This document shows, piece by piece, positions 1 to 9,606 of a stretch of 38,400 nt of DNA. The translations under genes and the position numbers were made by a program. Source of the DNA: a virus; UHGV virus genome UHGV-1783985; one strand, given 5' to 3'. The stretch's first letter is position 1. Every line of letters begins with the position of its first letter. The notes beneath the pieces are model-generated. The model saw only the letters and a program-made list of their open reading frames with translations. It was not told where the DNA came from and made no database searches.

Positions 1-579
1 AAAACCAGCATCTTTTTTGTGTGGAGTATCCGCTGCCGCATATGCTGCGATCTTGGCCAGCCTGTCGCATATTTCGTTTTCTCGATGCCCGGCGTGGCCC
101 TTTACCCAGTTCCACCTGACATTGTGGCGACTGGCGGCTAAATCGAGTTGTTTCCAGAGGTCGACATTCTTAACAGGCTTCTTGTCAGCAGTGATCCAAC
201 CATTTTGTTTCCACCCCTTCATCCAGAGGGTCATACCATTTTTGAGATACTGGCTATCTGAGTGCAGGATCACGTTGCAGGAGAATTTAAGACGTTCCAA
301 AGCTATCAGGGCGCCCATCATCTCCATGCGATTGTTTGTGGTGCTGTGGAAGCCGTCGGAAAACTCGCGTTCTTCGCCGCGGAACTGAAAGACGATGCCA
401 TATCCACCGGGCCCGCCTGGGTTTCTGAGACAAGAGCCATCACTGAAAACTTTGACCGTCTTAAACCGGGGATTAAATTCGACAACTGGCGTTTTGAAGT
501 TTTTGCGGGGGTGTTTTTGATACTGGTGCTGCGCACGGCCGGCTGCCGTTTTTCGTCTGGCGTGTGTGCTTGTCGTCAT
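1..579 (-). CDS. rnhA: Ribonuclease HI, C-terminal end runs off the window start; about 45-aa basic N-terminal extension
   Basis: Minus-strand frame open from ATG at 577-579 (GGAG 7 nt upstream) to position 1 with no stop, so absent from the supplied ORF track. Translation contains [68 protein letters not shown], colinear with E. coli RNase HI. Confidence 0.85.
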   Translation of the reverse strand, partial: MTTSTHARRKTAAGRAQHQYQKHPRKNFKTPVVEFNPRFKTVKVFSDGSCLRNPGGPGGYGIVFQFRGEEREFSDGFHSTTNNRMEMMGALIALERLKFSCNVILHSDSQYLKNGMTLWMKGWKQNGWITADKKPVKNVDLWKQLDLAASRHNVRWNWVKGHAGHRENEICDRLAKIAAYAAADTPHKKDAGF

Positions 580-1159
580 CTCTAACTCCAAAGCGTGCGC
601 CGCCGCCCGTTTTTCCTCGCGCGTGTGCGCACGCGTGTTTATACATATTTATTTTCAATGAATTACTTCCCAGATCGGGTTTATTTTTACCTGAACTGAG
701 CGAACGAAGTGAGTGAAGTTCACCTCGAACGAAGTGAGAGGTTGTCTTTTCAGGTAATACTCTCCCAGGGAGGTGAGTATAAAAATTCCTCACCAACCTG
801 GTCGTTTCATAACCTGAAAAGTTATGACCTAAGTCTACTGCCAGCTTAGGCTTGGGAAGTTATGGATGACAGCACCCCAGAACCGAGATCTTCCCACACT
901 TTATGAAGGGGAGTACTGGATTCAACCTCTCGAAACACCCCAGACTCGACAATCATAAAGTGACCCTTCTCTCTGCCCACTTTGGTTCCCCCTTCCCCAA
1001 CCCCTAAACGGTGCCGGTTCTACGCTGGTAGTGAGCTTTTTTAAACCTGACGCCAGTGACGCTTACCCCCACCCATCAGGTCGAGCCTCCAGTCTACGAC
1101 TGGAAACTATCAGATCTTAGCACTTATCATTCACTTTATAAATAGTTAGTACTTATCTA

Positions 1160-1390
1160 TCATTGTGATTGGTTGCTTTCTCGACCATGTAGTTGAACAT
1201 TCAAGGCAAACACCTCATTGATCAACTCACCTAAAAGCTGTTCAACAAGTTCGCGATGCTCCCCAAGATGCAAGCACTTAATTGCCCATTCATACAAGGT
1301 GAAAGCCTGCTCGCGATCTTTCATCATTTCACGAGCCTGAGCCAGAAAATCGCTCTCTACGAGTGCAACGACATTAGTCGGGTATGACAT
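1160..1390 (-). CDS. Hypothetical small protein
   Basis: ORF 1160..1414; likely start is the internal ATG at 1388-1390 (MSYPTNVV) preceded by AAGGAA with 6-nt spacer. Confidence 0.5.
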   Translation of the reverse strand: MSYPTNVVALVESDFLAQAREMMKDREQAFTLYEWAIKCLHLGEHRELVEQLLGELINEVFALNVQLHGRESNQSQ

Positions 1391-1575
1391 GTTGGTTTCC
1401 TTAAAGTGGTTCATAAAATCGATTTTAAAGCGTCTGGGAAGGGGTTCTAGTGGATTCTGTGATGATGTTCAGGTCTGGAGTCTCTGATATAAAACAGCCT
1501 GTTTCCGTATATTAATAATTAATATGTAGTTATTTATATATACAGAAGCAGGCTAATTACAGACGCCAGAACAAA

Positions 1576-2181
1576 CTAAGCAGCCTTCTTTGATGGTCTT
1601 TTTTTCCTGATCACATTCGCAGGGTCATACCCTCCCAGACTTTTCATGACGTCCAGAGGGATCTTGCTTATAGAGTGCCCAGCATCCTGACAGAATCCTC
1701 GAAAAACAACGAGCATACTGCCACCGGGGTTGATGTTTACTTCTACCTGACCCAAATTGACGTCAGGCTCGACAAACGCTACGCGGCCACCAGACAGAAT
1801 AATCGTCTCATTCGCACACTCTGTTGCACGCTCATACCACTTTGTATCGAGGGATTGAGGAATTAGCATCACGGTTGTAACTCCGCGAGCCTGCTCACGT
1901 ATAGCCGCATCAATCCAGGGGGAGATTTTGGAGTAGGGTGGATTGAGGAAGGCAATTGTACCTGGCTGCCCCCATTCAGATTTCAAAGCATCGCGCTCAA
2001 CGCCTATGAAATTTGGCAGCTTTGCATTGTCCTTGTTGCAGGCAACGTCAACATCAAATGTCACTCCAAGATAACGTTGAATGGCAGAAAACAGCCAATC
2101 AGGTGTTCTCCAGAGATCACGAAGAGAGTTGTCGCGCTTTCGCTGTTTGATTTTTTCAGCTGCAATCATCTTCTTTCTCAA
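1576..2181 (-). CDS. DNA N6-adenine methyltransferase (phage Dam-like)
   Basis: 201-aa ORF with DLWRTPDWLF near N-terminus and NPPYS catalytic motif, as in phage/bacterial N6-adenine methyltransferases. Confidence 0.75.
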   Translation of the reverse strand: MRKKMIAAEKIKQRKRDNSLRDLWRTPDWLFSAIQRYLGVTFDVDVACNKDNAKLPNFIGVERDALKSEWGQPGTIAFLNPPYSKISPWIDAAIREQARGVTTVMLIPQSLDTKWYERATECANETIILSGGRVAFVEPDVNLGQVEVNINPGGSMLVVFRGFCQDAGHSISKIPLDVMKSLGGYDPANVIRKKRPSKKAA

Positions 2182-2352
2182 TAGGTAGGTGATTACCTAT
2201 TTTTGCATTTGGTTTTATGTATAGCAATCAAATAAAATGCGCCAGAAATGCGAACAAGAAGCTCTCTGGCGCGTTTTTGTGGTGCTGGGTATGTGATTGG
2301 CTTACCCAGCACTATAAAGCTCTCTATGGGCTTTATTTTCAGTAGGGGAACG

Positions 2353-3162
2353 TCATCCAATAGTGTACTCCGCGACAAACTTCTTAACGATCGGTGATTC
2401 TTCGTTCAGTGTTAGATTTCCACCGTCTCTAACAGCAATTCCTGTAGCTGGAAACACAGCCATCATTTGCCCAGCCTGAGTTGACGCCGTGTTAAGCGGA
2501 TACGGTTTTTCTGGATTGCTCATTAAAGCAATCTTAATACTATTACTTGTAGCCTTCTTTTCTGTGAGAAGGTGTCTCATGGAAATTACTGTGTAAACAC
2601 TAATATCTGGACCCGCGCTAAACCAATTAAGAAGGTTTAATATCTTATCCTTTGCTTTGACAGGCGCGTTTTCGTAAGCGTCTAAGAAAATATCTTTTTC
2701 TAAACCTGCTTTATTGAAAAACGAATCATCTTTATCACTTAAAGTAAAACGAGGACCTCTTGCAGCACGAGCTTTTTTATTTGTGTTGCTATCATTTGAC
2801 TGTTGGACTTTTAATCCATCATTAACCTCAACACACTCTTCAACATCAATAATCCCCAATTGTTCTGGCTCGTTTTCAGCAGCTTCAACGCTTTCAGCGT
2901 TAATTACGTTTATAGGTTCATGCGCTAACTCCAACTCATTTAAAGCAGAGCTGAAATCACCGATATTTTCTTCATTGGACAACTCTTCGGCGACATCATC
3001 AGAACTCGTAGCCACACCTTCATCGAGACCAAGAAGAAGATAATCAATGTCATCAGTATTTTCAATCTGTGCAGCTTTTTTTACTGGTTCATCAAGTGAT
3101 CGCAACATTGCAGTCAGCTCGTCCAGATCATCATTTATAATTACATTTTCAGTCGAACTCAT
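2353..3162 (-). CDS. Hypothetical protein with strongly acidic N-terminal half
   Basis: 269-aa ORF; first ~150 residues extremely rich in D/E (e.g. DDLDELTAMLRSLDEP, EELSNEENIGDFSS, AENEPEQLGIIDVEECVEVNDG), C-terminal ~100 residues non-acidic. Confidence 0.6.
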   Translation of the reverse strand: MSSTENVIINDDLDELTAMLRSLDEPVKKAAQIENTDDIDYLLLGLDEGVATSSDDVAEELSNEENIGDFSSALNELELAHEPINVINAESVEAAENEPEQLGIIDVEECVEVNDGLKVQQSNDSNTNKKARAARGPRFTLSDKDDSFFNKAGLEKDIFLDAYENAPVKAKDKILNLLNWFSAGPDISVYTVISMRHLLTEKKATSNSIKIALMSNPEKPYPLNTASTQAGQMMAVFPATGIAVRDGGNLTLNEESPIVKKFVAEYTIG

Positions 3163-3416
3163 GTAAGTCTCCTTTTCTTTCGTTATATTTGCGTTTAGTT
3201 GATTATATTTTGACTAAACCTACTAGGCGGAAAAGTGTTAAATCCAGGCGAGTTAGTCATGAACGGGTTATATTCCTGATGATCATGTGAGTCTGACTGC
3301 TTTACAAATAAGCAAATAAATTTACACATATTATTTTTGTGATCGTCATCACAAAAATAACCTTCAATAAAGGTTATTTATAATATTGTACGTTCATGTT
3401 TTTTTTGGCAAGGAAA

Positions 3417-3518
3417 ATGGAATCATCAAAAAAAGAACAATTTAGCAACTTATTAATAAAAGTTGTTATTGGTATCGCTGTAGTTGAATACATTTATCTT
3501 TTTGTGAGATATTTTTAA
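3417..3518 (+). CDS. Candidate 33-aa hydrophobic peptide
   Basis: ATG at 3417 preceded by AAGGAAA; translation MESSKKEQFSNLLIKVVIGIAVVEYIYLFVRYF; stop immediately followed by the 3521-3560 hairpin. Below the 60-aa ORF-track cutoff. Confidence 0.3.
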   Translation: MESSKKEQFSNLLIKVVIGIAVVEYIYLFVRYF

Positions 3519-3520
3519 TA

Positions 3521-3560
3521 AAAACCCTACTTTAAAGTTAATTTAAAGTAGGGTTTATTC
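3521..3560. terminator. Intrinsic terminator hairpin (bidirectional)
   Basis: Inverted repeat AACCCTACTTTAAA / TTTAAAGTAGGGTT flanked by A-run and T-run, directly downstream of the minus-strand exonuclease gene and the plus-strand small ORF. Confidence 0.6.
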
Positions 3561-4117
3561 TAAGCTATTTCAGAAGGCAACTTAAAAAATCCGTACTTAT
3601 TACGTGCCTTAAAGAAGCATTGCATCATTAAGTTTGTGTCATATAAGGCACTATGTGCTTTGGTATGATCGTATATAAAGCCAAGAGAGAAGGCTAACTC
3701 TTCAAGGCGGGGACGTTTACCGTCTTCTGTGGCCCACAGGGAAAATAGAGTGTCAATCAATGGGATGTCTGGAAGCGAAAAACCGTAACTTTTCAGCTCA
3801 TGCCTAATAAACGGAATATCGAACGCTTCGCCGTTGTGGGCTATCCAAATATCGGAAGAAGAGAGGTACGAAGCGACAGATGAAGCGTGATCGGCTAGTA
3901 ACGGCTCGGCGGCTAAATCTTCAAGACTGATGCCGTGTACCGCTTGCGCTTTCGGATCGATACTGCGACGCGGGTTGAACCGCATTACAAAACTATCAAC
4001 CATTGTCTGTGTCTCAATTTCGTACTTCACCATTGCGATTTCAATAATTTTATGACCAGCAAGGAAATCCAGCCCCGTAGACTCGATATCGATGCCTGCA
4101 ACAATCGTTGTCATCAA
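3560..4117 (-). CDS. DnaQ-like 3'-5' exonuclease (DEDDh family)
   Basis: 185-aa ORF with Exo I GIDIESTGL, Exo II HNGEAFDIPF and Exo III HSALYD motifs. Confidence 0.8.
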   Translation of the reverse strand: MMTTIVAGIDIESTGLDFLAGHKIIEIAMVKYEIETQTMVDSFVMRFNPRRSIDPKAQAVHGISLEDLAAEPLLADHASSVASYLSSSDIWIAHNGEAFDIPFIRHELKSYGFSLPDIPLIDTLFSLWATEDGKRPRLEELAFSLGFIYDHTKAHSALYDTNLMMQCFFKARNKYGFFKLPSEIA

Positions 4118-4123
4118 AACTCC

Positions 4124-4543
4124 TTACAACTTCTTAGCGCCCTTAAGTAGTGCGCTACGTACAAATTGAGCCGCTTTTTTCAAAGTTTCTTCACTGGTTT
4201 CACAGACAATCGGATCTTTCCACTTACCTGATGCTGTGTTGAGAATGTTGATTTGGTTGCTATCCAGACAAACAGAGATATAAAGCACCGTGCCACCAGC
4301 CAGCATCAAATGCATAGGAAACAGAGGCTTTTTACTGCCTTCACTGAACTGAGACATGGCGATGTTAATGGCTTCACCTACTTGTGCGCCAACAAGCCCT
4401 TGCGCAGTTTCGAATATGGCACGAATAGCCAGACGAGCCTCTCGATCGCTCATAAACGACCGAGAATGTTCGTCCGCCACACGAATCAAAGCCTCTGTTG
4501 TTTTCCGATCCAGTTCATCTTCAAGCAACATTTCACTAAACAT
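4124..4543 (-). CDS. Hypothetical protein
   Basis: 139-aa ORF in operon context, same strand as neighbours; no motif recognised. Confidence 0.5.
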   Translation of the reverse strand: MFSEMLLEDELDRKTTEALIRVADEHSRSFMSDREARLAIRAIFETAQGLVGAQVGEAINIAMSQFSEGSKKPLFPMHLMLAGGTVLYISVCLDSNQINILNTASGKWKDPIVCETSEETLKKAAQFVRSALLKGAKKL

Positions 4544-4604
4544 TTTTTATCCTTAACCCATTTTGAGAGTTTTATTGTCGCAATGTCGAAGAGGCGAACA
4601 ATTT

Positions 4605-5249
4605 CTAATGAACGGTCACTCGGCCACAGAACCGGTTTTCTATCTTTTCTACAGCGTTATCGAGTATTCTCATTACTGATCTGGCTCTTGCTTCAACTGT
4701 GCGATATCGGTTGGAAACGACGAAAGTTTGCAGATCTCCCCTTTGCGGATGCAGGTGAATTTTTGTCAGTTCCCCGCACATCAACGCATCAATACGAGCA
4801 ACATACAGACGGTCTAATGATGCTCGTTGTGATCGCAAGTAATCTCGCTCTGAGAGAGCGACTCCCGGGCGTAAGCCAGCAATGGCGTTAAAGTTTGAAA
4901 TGGCAGTTTTGTGGCAAAATTTTTCGATATCGAGGGCTAACTCAATACACCGCTCTTCATTTGTATGGCCGACCAAATCCAACGTGTAGGCCATAACATC
5001 AGCAGGTGTGCGATCGATAACAAAGCCTTCAACACCACGCGTAAGTAGCTCTATATGCTTTGCTATTTCCATTTGAATCTGAAGCCGCTCATATAGAGGC
5101 ATAGACTCACCTACTCGAACACCGAGGCGGCTCATCAAACTTCCGACACCAGCATCCACGTAAGGGATTCCGTAATGTTTGTCGATATATTTAGCCAGGG
5201 TTGTTTTCCCACTGCCCTGAGCACCAGTGATCCCAATCCGGTAATCCAT
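4605..5249 (-). CDS. P-loop nucleotide kinase (putative dNMP kinase)
   Basis: 214-aa ORF with Walker A GITGAQGSGKTTLA at residues 7-20; nucleotide-metabolism neighbourhood (DHFR, ThyA). Confidence 0.5.
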   Translation of the reverse strand: MDYRIGITGAQGSGKTTLAKYIDKHYGIPYVDAGVGSLMSRLGVRVGESMPLYERLQIQMEIAKHIELLTRGVEGFVIDRTPADVMAYTLDLVGHTNEERCIELALDIEKFCHKTAISNFNAIAGLRPGVALSERDYLRSQRASLDRLYVARIDALMCGELTKIHLHPQRGDLQTFVVSNRYRTVEARARSVMRILDNAVEKIENRFCGRVTVH

Positions 5250-5725
5250 TACGACCTTCTGTATACGATCTGCGAAAAGCCAGGCTCTTCCTCGCTGGCT
5301 CGTTGGGTATAAGCTGTTTCAACAGGCACAAAGCCTAAGTTACGCATCATGCTTGCCGGGAAGAATGCATCAGCGTTTGGTACATCAACGCCGATGTGGG
5401 AGAGCCAAATCTCTTCAACATGCGGCATGAATAGCGAGTAAATTTGTTCCCCGCCAATCACCCACACAGGCTCTGGTAATCGCAACACATCATCCACACC
5501 AGCAGGGTAGAATCCATTTGGTACAAAGCCATGAGAGCGCGTCAAAACGAGATTATGACGCTCTGGAAGAGGGCGTTTGAGACTTTCCATCGTTTTACGT
5601 CCCATAACGACAGTGGCGTTTTTGGTGAGTCTCTTAAATAGCTTCAGATCGGTAGAGCAACGCCAGGGCAGTTCGTTCGCTATACCGATCTCATAATTAC
5701 GGCCAACAGCAGCTATCATCTTCAT
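5249..5725 (-). CDS. folA: Dihydrofolate reductase
   Basis: 158-aa ORF; MIAAVGRNYEIGIANELPW, VVMGRKTMESL, HNLVLTRS, VIGGEQIY match DHFR signature blocks; start overlaps upstream gene stop. Confidence 0.8.
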   Translation of the reverse strand: MKMIAAVGRNYEIGIANELPWRCSTDLKLFKRLTKNATVVMGRKTMESLKRPLPERHNLVLTRSHGFVPNGFYPAGVDDVLRLPEPVWVIGGEQIYSLFMPHVEEIWLSHIGVDVPNADAFFPASMMRNLGFVPVETAYTQRASEEEPGFSQIVYRRS

Positions 5726-6135
5726 TTGCCCACCTCATAGATGACCGGTCTATGATGAGAGTCAGCTAAAGCGGCACGGAGTCGAGGATCGTGCACCAGC
5801 GCAGCGATAAGCAGATCGCCTTTATGCTCCGCTAATGTGCGCTTAATATGCTTCTCATAACTGATGCCATTCGGTACGAGATGAAGCCAGTCGTAATCAA
5901 CACCAAAATCTTTCAGCCATCGTTTAGTGGGCGCTTCAAGAGTTTCAGAGCGGCTACTGATAAGCACCACTTCAGCCCCTGAGCGAGCAAAACCACGCAA
6001 CATACGGCTGGTGGGGAAAATGAGTTCATCACCGGCAATGAGCTGGCCTGCATCCGCGTCAGATACAGATTTACGATGGCTGGTATTTGCCAGCACACCT
6101 TCAATTTCGCATAAGACATACATACCTCTTGCCAT
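5722..6135 (-). CDS. Hypothetical protein
   Basis: ORF 5722..6183; start placed at ATG 6133-6135 (MARGMYVL) one nt after the ThyA stop; ATGA overlap with the DHFR start. Confidence 0.45.
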   Translation of the reverse strand: MARGMYVLCEIEGVLANTSHRKSVSDADAGQLIAGDELIFPTSRMLRGFARSGAEVVLISSRSETLEAPTKRWLKDFGVDYDWLHLVPNGISYEKHIKRTLAEHKGDLLIAALVHDPRLRAALADSHHRPVIYEVGK

Positions 6136-6136
6136 A

Positions 6137-7267
6137 TCACACCGCCACTGGAACCTTGATCCACGGTAGAGGGGCATAGCCAAGAATTAGAACCTCGTCC
6201 CATTTGAAATCATCCAACTCTGACCATTCATGAGGGAAAATAACGACCGGATCTGAATGCTCTGGAGCCTGTCGTTTCATTAGCTCACACACACTTTCCA
6301 TGTGGTTGTTGTACAAATGCACGTCAAAGCCAAAATGCACAAAGGCACCGGCCATGTGACCCGTAATCTTCGCGAGAAAATGAGTGAGAATGCCATAACC
6401 AGCAATATTGAATGGCATACCAACAAAAGTGTCTACGCTACGCTGTACGAGGCAGGAGTTGAGGATGCGTTTGGGGATTCCAAGTTCATCCAGTTCAGTT
6501 TCAGTAACACTGCCGACCATCTCCAGATCGTATAGCATCTTGGTGTAGATAGACTCGTAACCGAGGCGACTGTGTTGAAGACCAATGTCAGTTGCCATCG
6601 TTAAACGGGTTTCAAAATCAAGCTCACGACTCCACAAAGAGAAGACAAAGTGGCAAGGTGGCAGTTTCATATCCTCAAGCTCGCCTACGTTCCATGCGTT
6701 AAGCATGATGCGACGATCGGTAGGGTTCGTGCGCAGTGTATCGACAATACGCTGTAGCTGATCGATTTCACGGGACAGCACTACGCGATCTTCACTGATA
6801 CCCAGGTATCCCTCGACTTTGTACCCGCGTTCACGGAACGTATCGATCTTGCTCAGATACTCACTATGGCTCACGATGCGGGTATCTTCCCAGCGACGCC
6901 ACTGCTTGCCGTAAACCGGCCCCAAATCACCATTCTCATCGGCCCATGCGTCCCAAATCTTCACGCCGTTATCCTTGAGAAATTGGATGTTACCCGTGCC
7001 TTTCAGATACCACTCAAGTTCGACAAGTAGTGGCTTAAGATTTACCGCCTTTCCAGAAATAAGCGGCACAGTCCCACCAGTAAGCATGTAGTAAGAGGGA
7101 ACGTAGCAGGTGCTTAAAGTACCAGTGCCTGTGCGATCATCAGCCTGCACGCCGCTTTTAAGCACCGTCTCAATAACTCTTGCATACGATGCGTTTGTTA
7201 CCTGACCGTTCGTATGCTCACGATTCAAAAGGAGTGACACAAAAACCTCACAAAGATAGGTAATCAC
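6137..7267 (-). CDS. thyA: Thymidylate synthase (ThyA family) with two internal insertions
   Basis: DRTGTGT, IWDAWADENGDLGPVYGKQWRRW, LPPCH, SCLVQRSVDTFVGMPFNIAGY motifs. About 38-aa and about 50-aa insertions relative to E. coli ThyA. An in-frame GTG preceded by GAGG (spacer 5) nine codons in may be the true start. Confidence 0.8.
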   Translation of the reverse strand: MITYLCEVFVSLLLNREHTNGQVTNASYARVIETVLKSGVQADDRTGTGTLSTCYVPSYYMLTGGTVPLISGKAVNLKPLLVELEWYLKGTGNIQFLKDNGVKIWDAWADENGDLGPVYGKQWRRWEDTRIVSHSEYLSKIDTFRERGYKVEGYLGISEDRVVLSREIDQLQRIVDTLRTNPTDRRIMLNAWNVGELEDMKLPPCHFVFSLWSRELDFETRLTMATDIGLQHSRLGYESIYTKMLYDLEMVGSVTETELDELGIPKRILNSCLVQRSVDTFVGMPFNIAGYGILTHFLAKITGHMAGAFVHFGFDVHLYNNHMESVCELMKRQAPEHSDPVVIFPHEWSELDDFKWDEVLILGYAPLPWIKVPVAV

Positions 7268-7411
7268 TTATTTATTGTGTGAGTTTACATTTATTGAGAG
7301 AACAAGACCAGACAGATAAAAAAATGGTGACCATAGGCCACCAAAAACGAATAGTTGTTTCAGAAATTTAACGCGCAGACACAATATACATAGATAGATA
7401 ACTACCTACAA

Positions 7412-8281
7412 TTATTTTTTGATCATTCCGTACATTGCTGAGGCTTTAGCTTGCTCAACAAAGGAGGATAAATCGACATCACTATAGGTTGGAGACTTCA
7501 GAATTTTTCCATCGGAAATTCGAAAGCCGATCATCTTATCGGTGCCATCAGCATGGCGAAATCCCAGATCTGAAGAGTCGTATTTGCAGTTGGCCACAGC
7601 CTGGCGACGTTCCTCGACATCAGCAGGCCATAATTTTGTCATGTTAGACCGATGAATTTCGCCAACCAGCTCGACGACATTGATACCGAGGAAATCAGCC
7701 AGTCGATAGGTCATCATGCACGCCACATAGATTTTGTTCATGACACGGCGCAGTTCCTGAATCAGCTCAGAATCCTTAACAGTCTTGTTCTCAAGTTTAT
7801 CTGCCAGCTCTTCGAGCATACATGACGCCTCACGAGCTTCCTGAAATGGCATTGCCATATCATCGAAAACAGTGTTACCAGGCACAAAAATTGTCTGCAT
7901 AAAGCGATCAATGCTCTGTTCCTGCGTGTAATAGGTCATGCCGGTAGAAATGCCGCCTTTGATGGCGACCATCGTACCAACACCAACGTATAAAAAGTCG
8001 GCCATTGCATCCAGCAGTTGCTCAATATCCCCATTCATTGCGGCTGGAATACCTTCCACTACAGCTTCTTCATGAATCAGGCTTGCACGGAGACGAAGCA
8101 GCTCTGGTGTCGGCATAACGCGTCTCGGATGCTGGAAGAGTTCATGAAACTGATCGACCATCTTGTAAATACTTTCAGTGGCTACACCATGGCCTTCATG
8201 CAACTCATATGGTTCTGGCTTAAATCCAATGAGTCGATCGGTGGCAAGTTTCAGGTGGTCAGTCAGTTTGGTAAAGTTCAT
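7412..8281 (-). CDS. Putative all-alpha NTP pyrophosphohydrolase (MazG-like), tentative
   Basis: 289-aa ORF with two helical E-rich segments (ELHEGHGVATESIYKMVDQFHELF; LIHEEAVVEGI) reminiscent of MazG/dimeric dUTPase folds; call is by resemblance only. Confidence 0.35.
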   Translation of the reverse strand: MNFTKLTDHLKLATDRLIGFKPEPYELHEGHGVATESIYKMVDQFHELFQHPRRVMPTPELLRLRASLIHEEAVVEGIPAAMNGDIEQLLDAMADFLYVGVGTMVAIKGGISTGMTYYTQEQSIDRFMQTIFVPGNTVFDDMAMPFQEAREASCMLEELADKLENKTVKDSELIQELRRVMNKIYVACMMTYRLADFLGINVVELVGEIHRSNMTKLWPADVEERRQAVANCKYDSSDLGFRHADGTDKMIGFRISDGKILKSPTYSDVDLSSFVEQAKASAMYGMIKK

Positions 8282-8358
8282 GCTAGTTTTGTTCCTTCTT
8301 AATTCTTGTGATCCATTGTGGCCCAGCGTTGCCAGGCCACATAATGCTTTGTATCGGT

Positions 8359-9501
8359 TTACAGGTCTGCAAACTGGCTTAGAGAAGCCTTATCCACGGT
8401 AGAATCGATCTGACCTACCAGATATGTGCTTTGCTCTGCCTCTTGTGGTGCAATTTGCAGTGTGTCGGTTAACAACCACTTGTTCATCCAGACCAGCGGA
8501 TCAGTGGTAACTTCTGGAAATAAAGCCTTCAGGCCAAGACGATTCATAGCCAGATTGGTGCGGTATTTTACATAGGTCTTCAGAATATCCGCGTTTAAAC
8601 CAATCATCGAACCGTCTTTGAAGAGATAGTCTGCCCAGTTCATTTCTTGTTCGGCGACTGATTTCATGGTGTCGTAAATGACGTTTTCTTCATCAGCAGC
8701 AATCTCTTTCCACAATAAACCTTCGCGACCGGTACGCATGAAGCGGATCATGCGTTCAGTTCCTTCGCAATGCAGAGCTTCATCACGGGCAATAAAGCGC
8801 ATAATTTTGGTGTTACCCTCAAGCAACTTCCGTTCGCCAAAGGCAAACGTACATGCAAAACTTACATAGAAACGGATCGCCTCAAGCGCATTAATGGACA
8901 CCAACGTGCGGAAAAGCTGACGGTGCAAAGGGTATGGCTCCCAGCCATATTCATTTACGTACAGACGTTCAAACTCCTTCTCACCTAACGACTGGCGCTC
9001 GCATGTCATCCCATAAAGCCTGTCATATTCAGCAGAGATACTGATCGCTCGGTTGATGATTTCTTCATCCGTAACAATACCGTCAAAAACAATGCTCGGA
9101 TCGTCCACCATGCCACGAATAATATGGGTGTAGCTACGGCTATGGATAGTCTCAGAGAAAGACCACGTTTCAACCCACGTTTCCAGTTCAGGAATAGAGA
9201 TAAGCGGCAGCAGCGTTGCATTTGGGCTACGTCCCTGAACTGAATCGAGCAACGTTTGATAACGGAGATTACTCAGGAAAATGTGGCGTTCGTGGTCCCG
9301 CAGCTTCGTATTGAAGTCGATGCGATCGCTCGAAATATCAACTTCTTCCGGCCGCCAGAAGAAAGACAATTGACGTTCAATCAACTTTTCAAAATCACGG
9401 TATTTTTGCTGATCGTAACGTGCCACGTTGACAGATTGTCCGAGGAACATAGGCTCTTTGGTTGCATCATTAGCACCCAAACGGAACGTTGAATATGACA
9501 T
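8359..9501 (-). CDS. nrdB: Ribonucleotide reductase class Ia beta subunit
   Basis: Near-colinear with E. coli NrdB ([63 protein letters not shown]). Start placed at ATG 9499-9501 (MSYSTF) with AAGGAAAA upstream; ORF track starts 12 codons earlier. Confidence 0.9.
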   Translation of the reverse strand: MSYSTFRLGANDATKEPMFLGQSVNVARYDQQKYRDFEKLIERQLSFFWRPEEVDISSDRIDFNTKLRDHERHIFLSNLRYQTLLDSVQGRSPNATLLPLISIPELETWVETWSFSETIHSRSYTHIIRGMVDDPSIVFDGIVTDEEIINRAISISAEYDRLYGMTCERQSLGEKEFERLYVNEYGWEPYPLHRQLFRTLVSINALEAIRFYVSFACTFAFGERKLLEGNTKIMRFIARDEALHCEGTERMIRFMRTGREGLLWKEIAADEENVIYDTMKSVAEQEMNWADYLFKDGSMIGLNADILKTYVKYRTNLAMNRLGLKALFPEVTTDPLVWMNKWLLTDTLQIAPQEAEQSTYLVGQIDSTVDKASLSQFADL

Positions 9502-9606
9502 GTGTTTTTCCTTTTGCTTTTTGATGTGTTTAAACAAGTTGTTATCTTATTTGTTTAAACAAGGCTTACAAATCAAAGAGAAGGTGGGGATACACCCCAC
9601 CATATA

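Noticed and set aside
17-585. Plus-strand ORFs 17..388 and 262..585 from the ORF track
   Set aside because: They lie antisense to a clearly recognisable RNase HI reading frame; low-complexity translations with no motifs.
2239-2312. Two hairpins (GCGCCAGA...TCTGGCGC and GTGCTGGGTA...TACCCAGCAC) downstream of the acidic-protein gene
   Set aside because: Plausible terminator or RNA-stability elements, but the T-runs are ambiguous in orientation, so strand and function could not be assigned.
4253-4891. 212-aa plus-strand ORF and other long antisense ORFs (e.g. 12849..13367, 27751..28254, 29559..30017, 31176..31652, 34326..34709)
   Set aside because: Each is embedded antisense within a longer minus-strand gene with clear motifs; no RBS or independent support.
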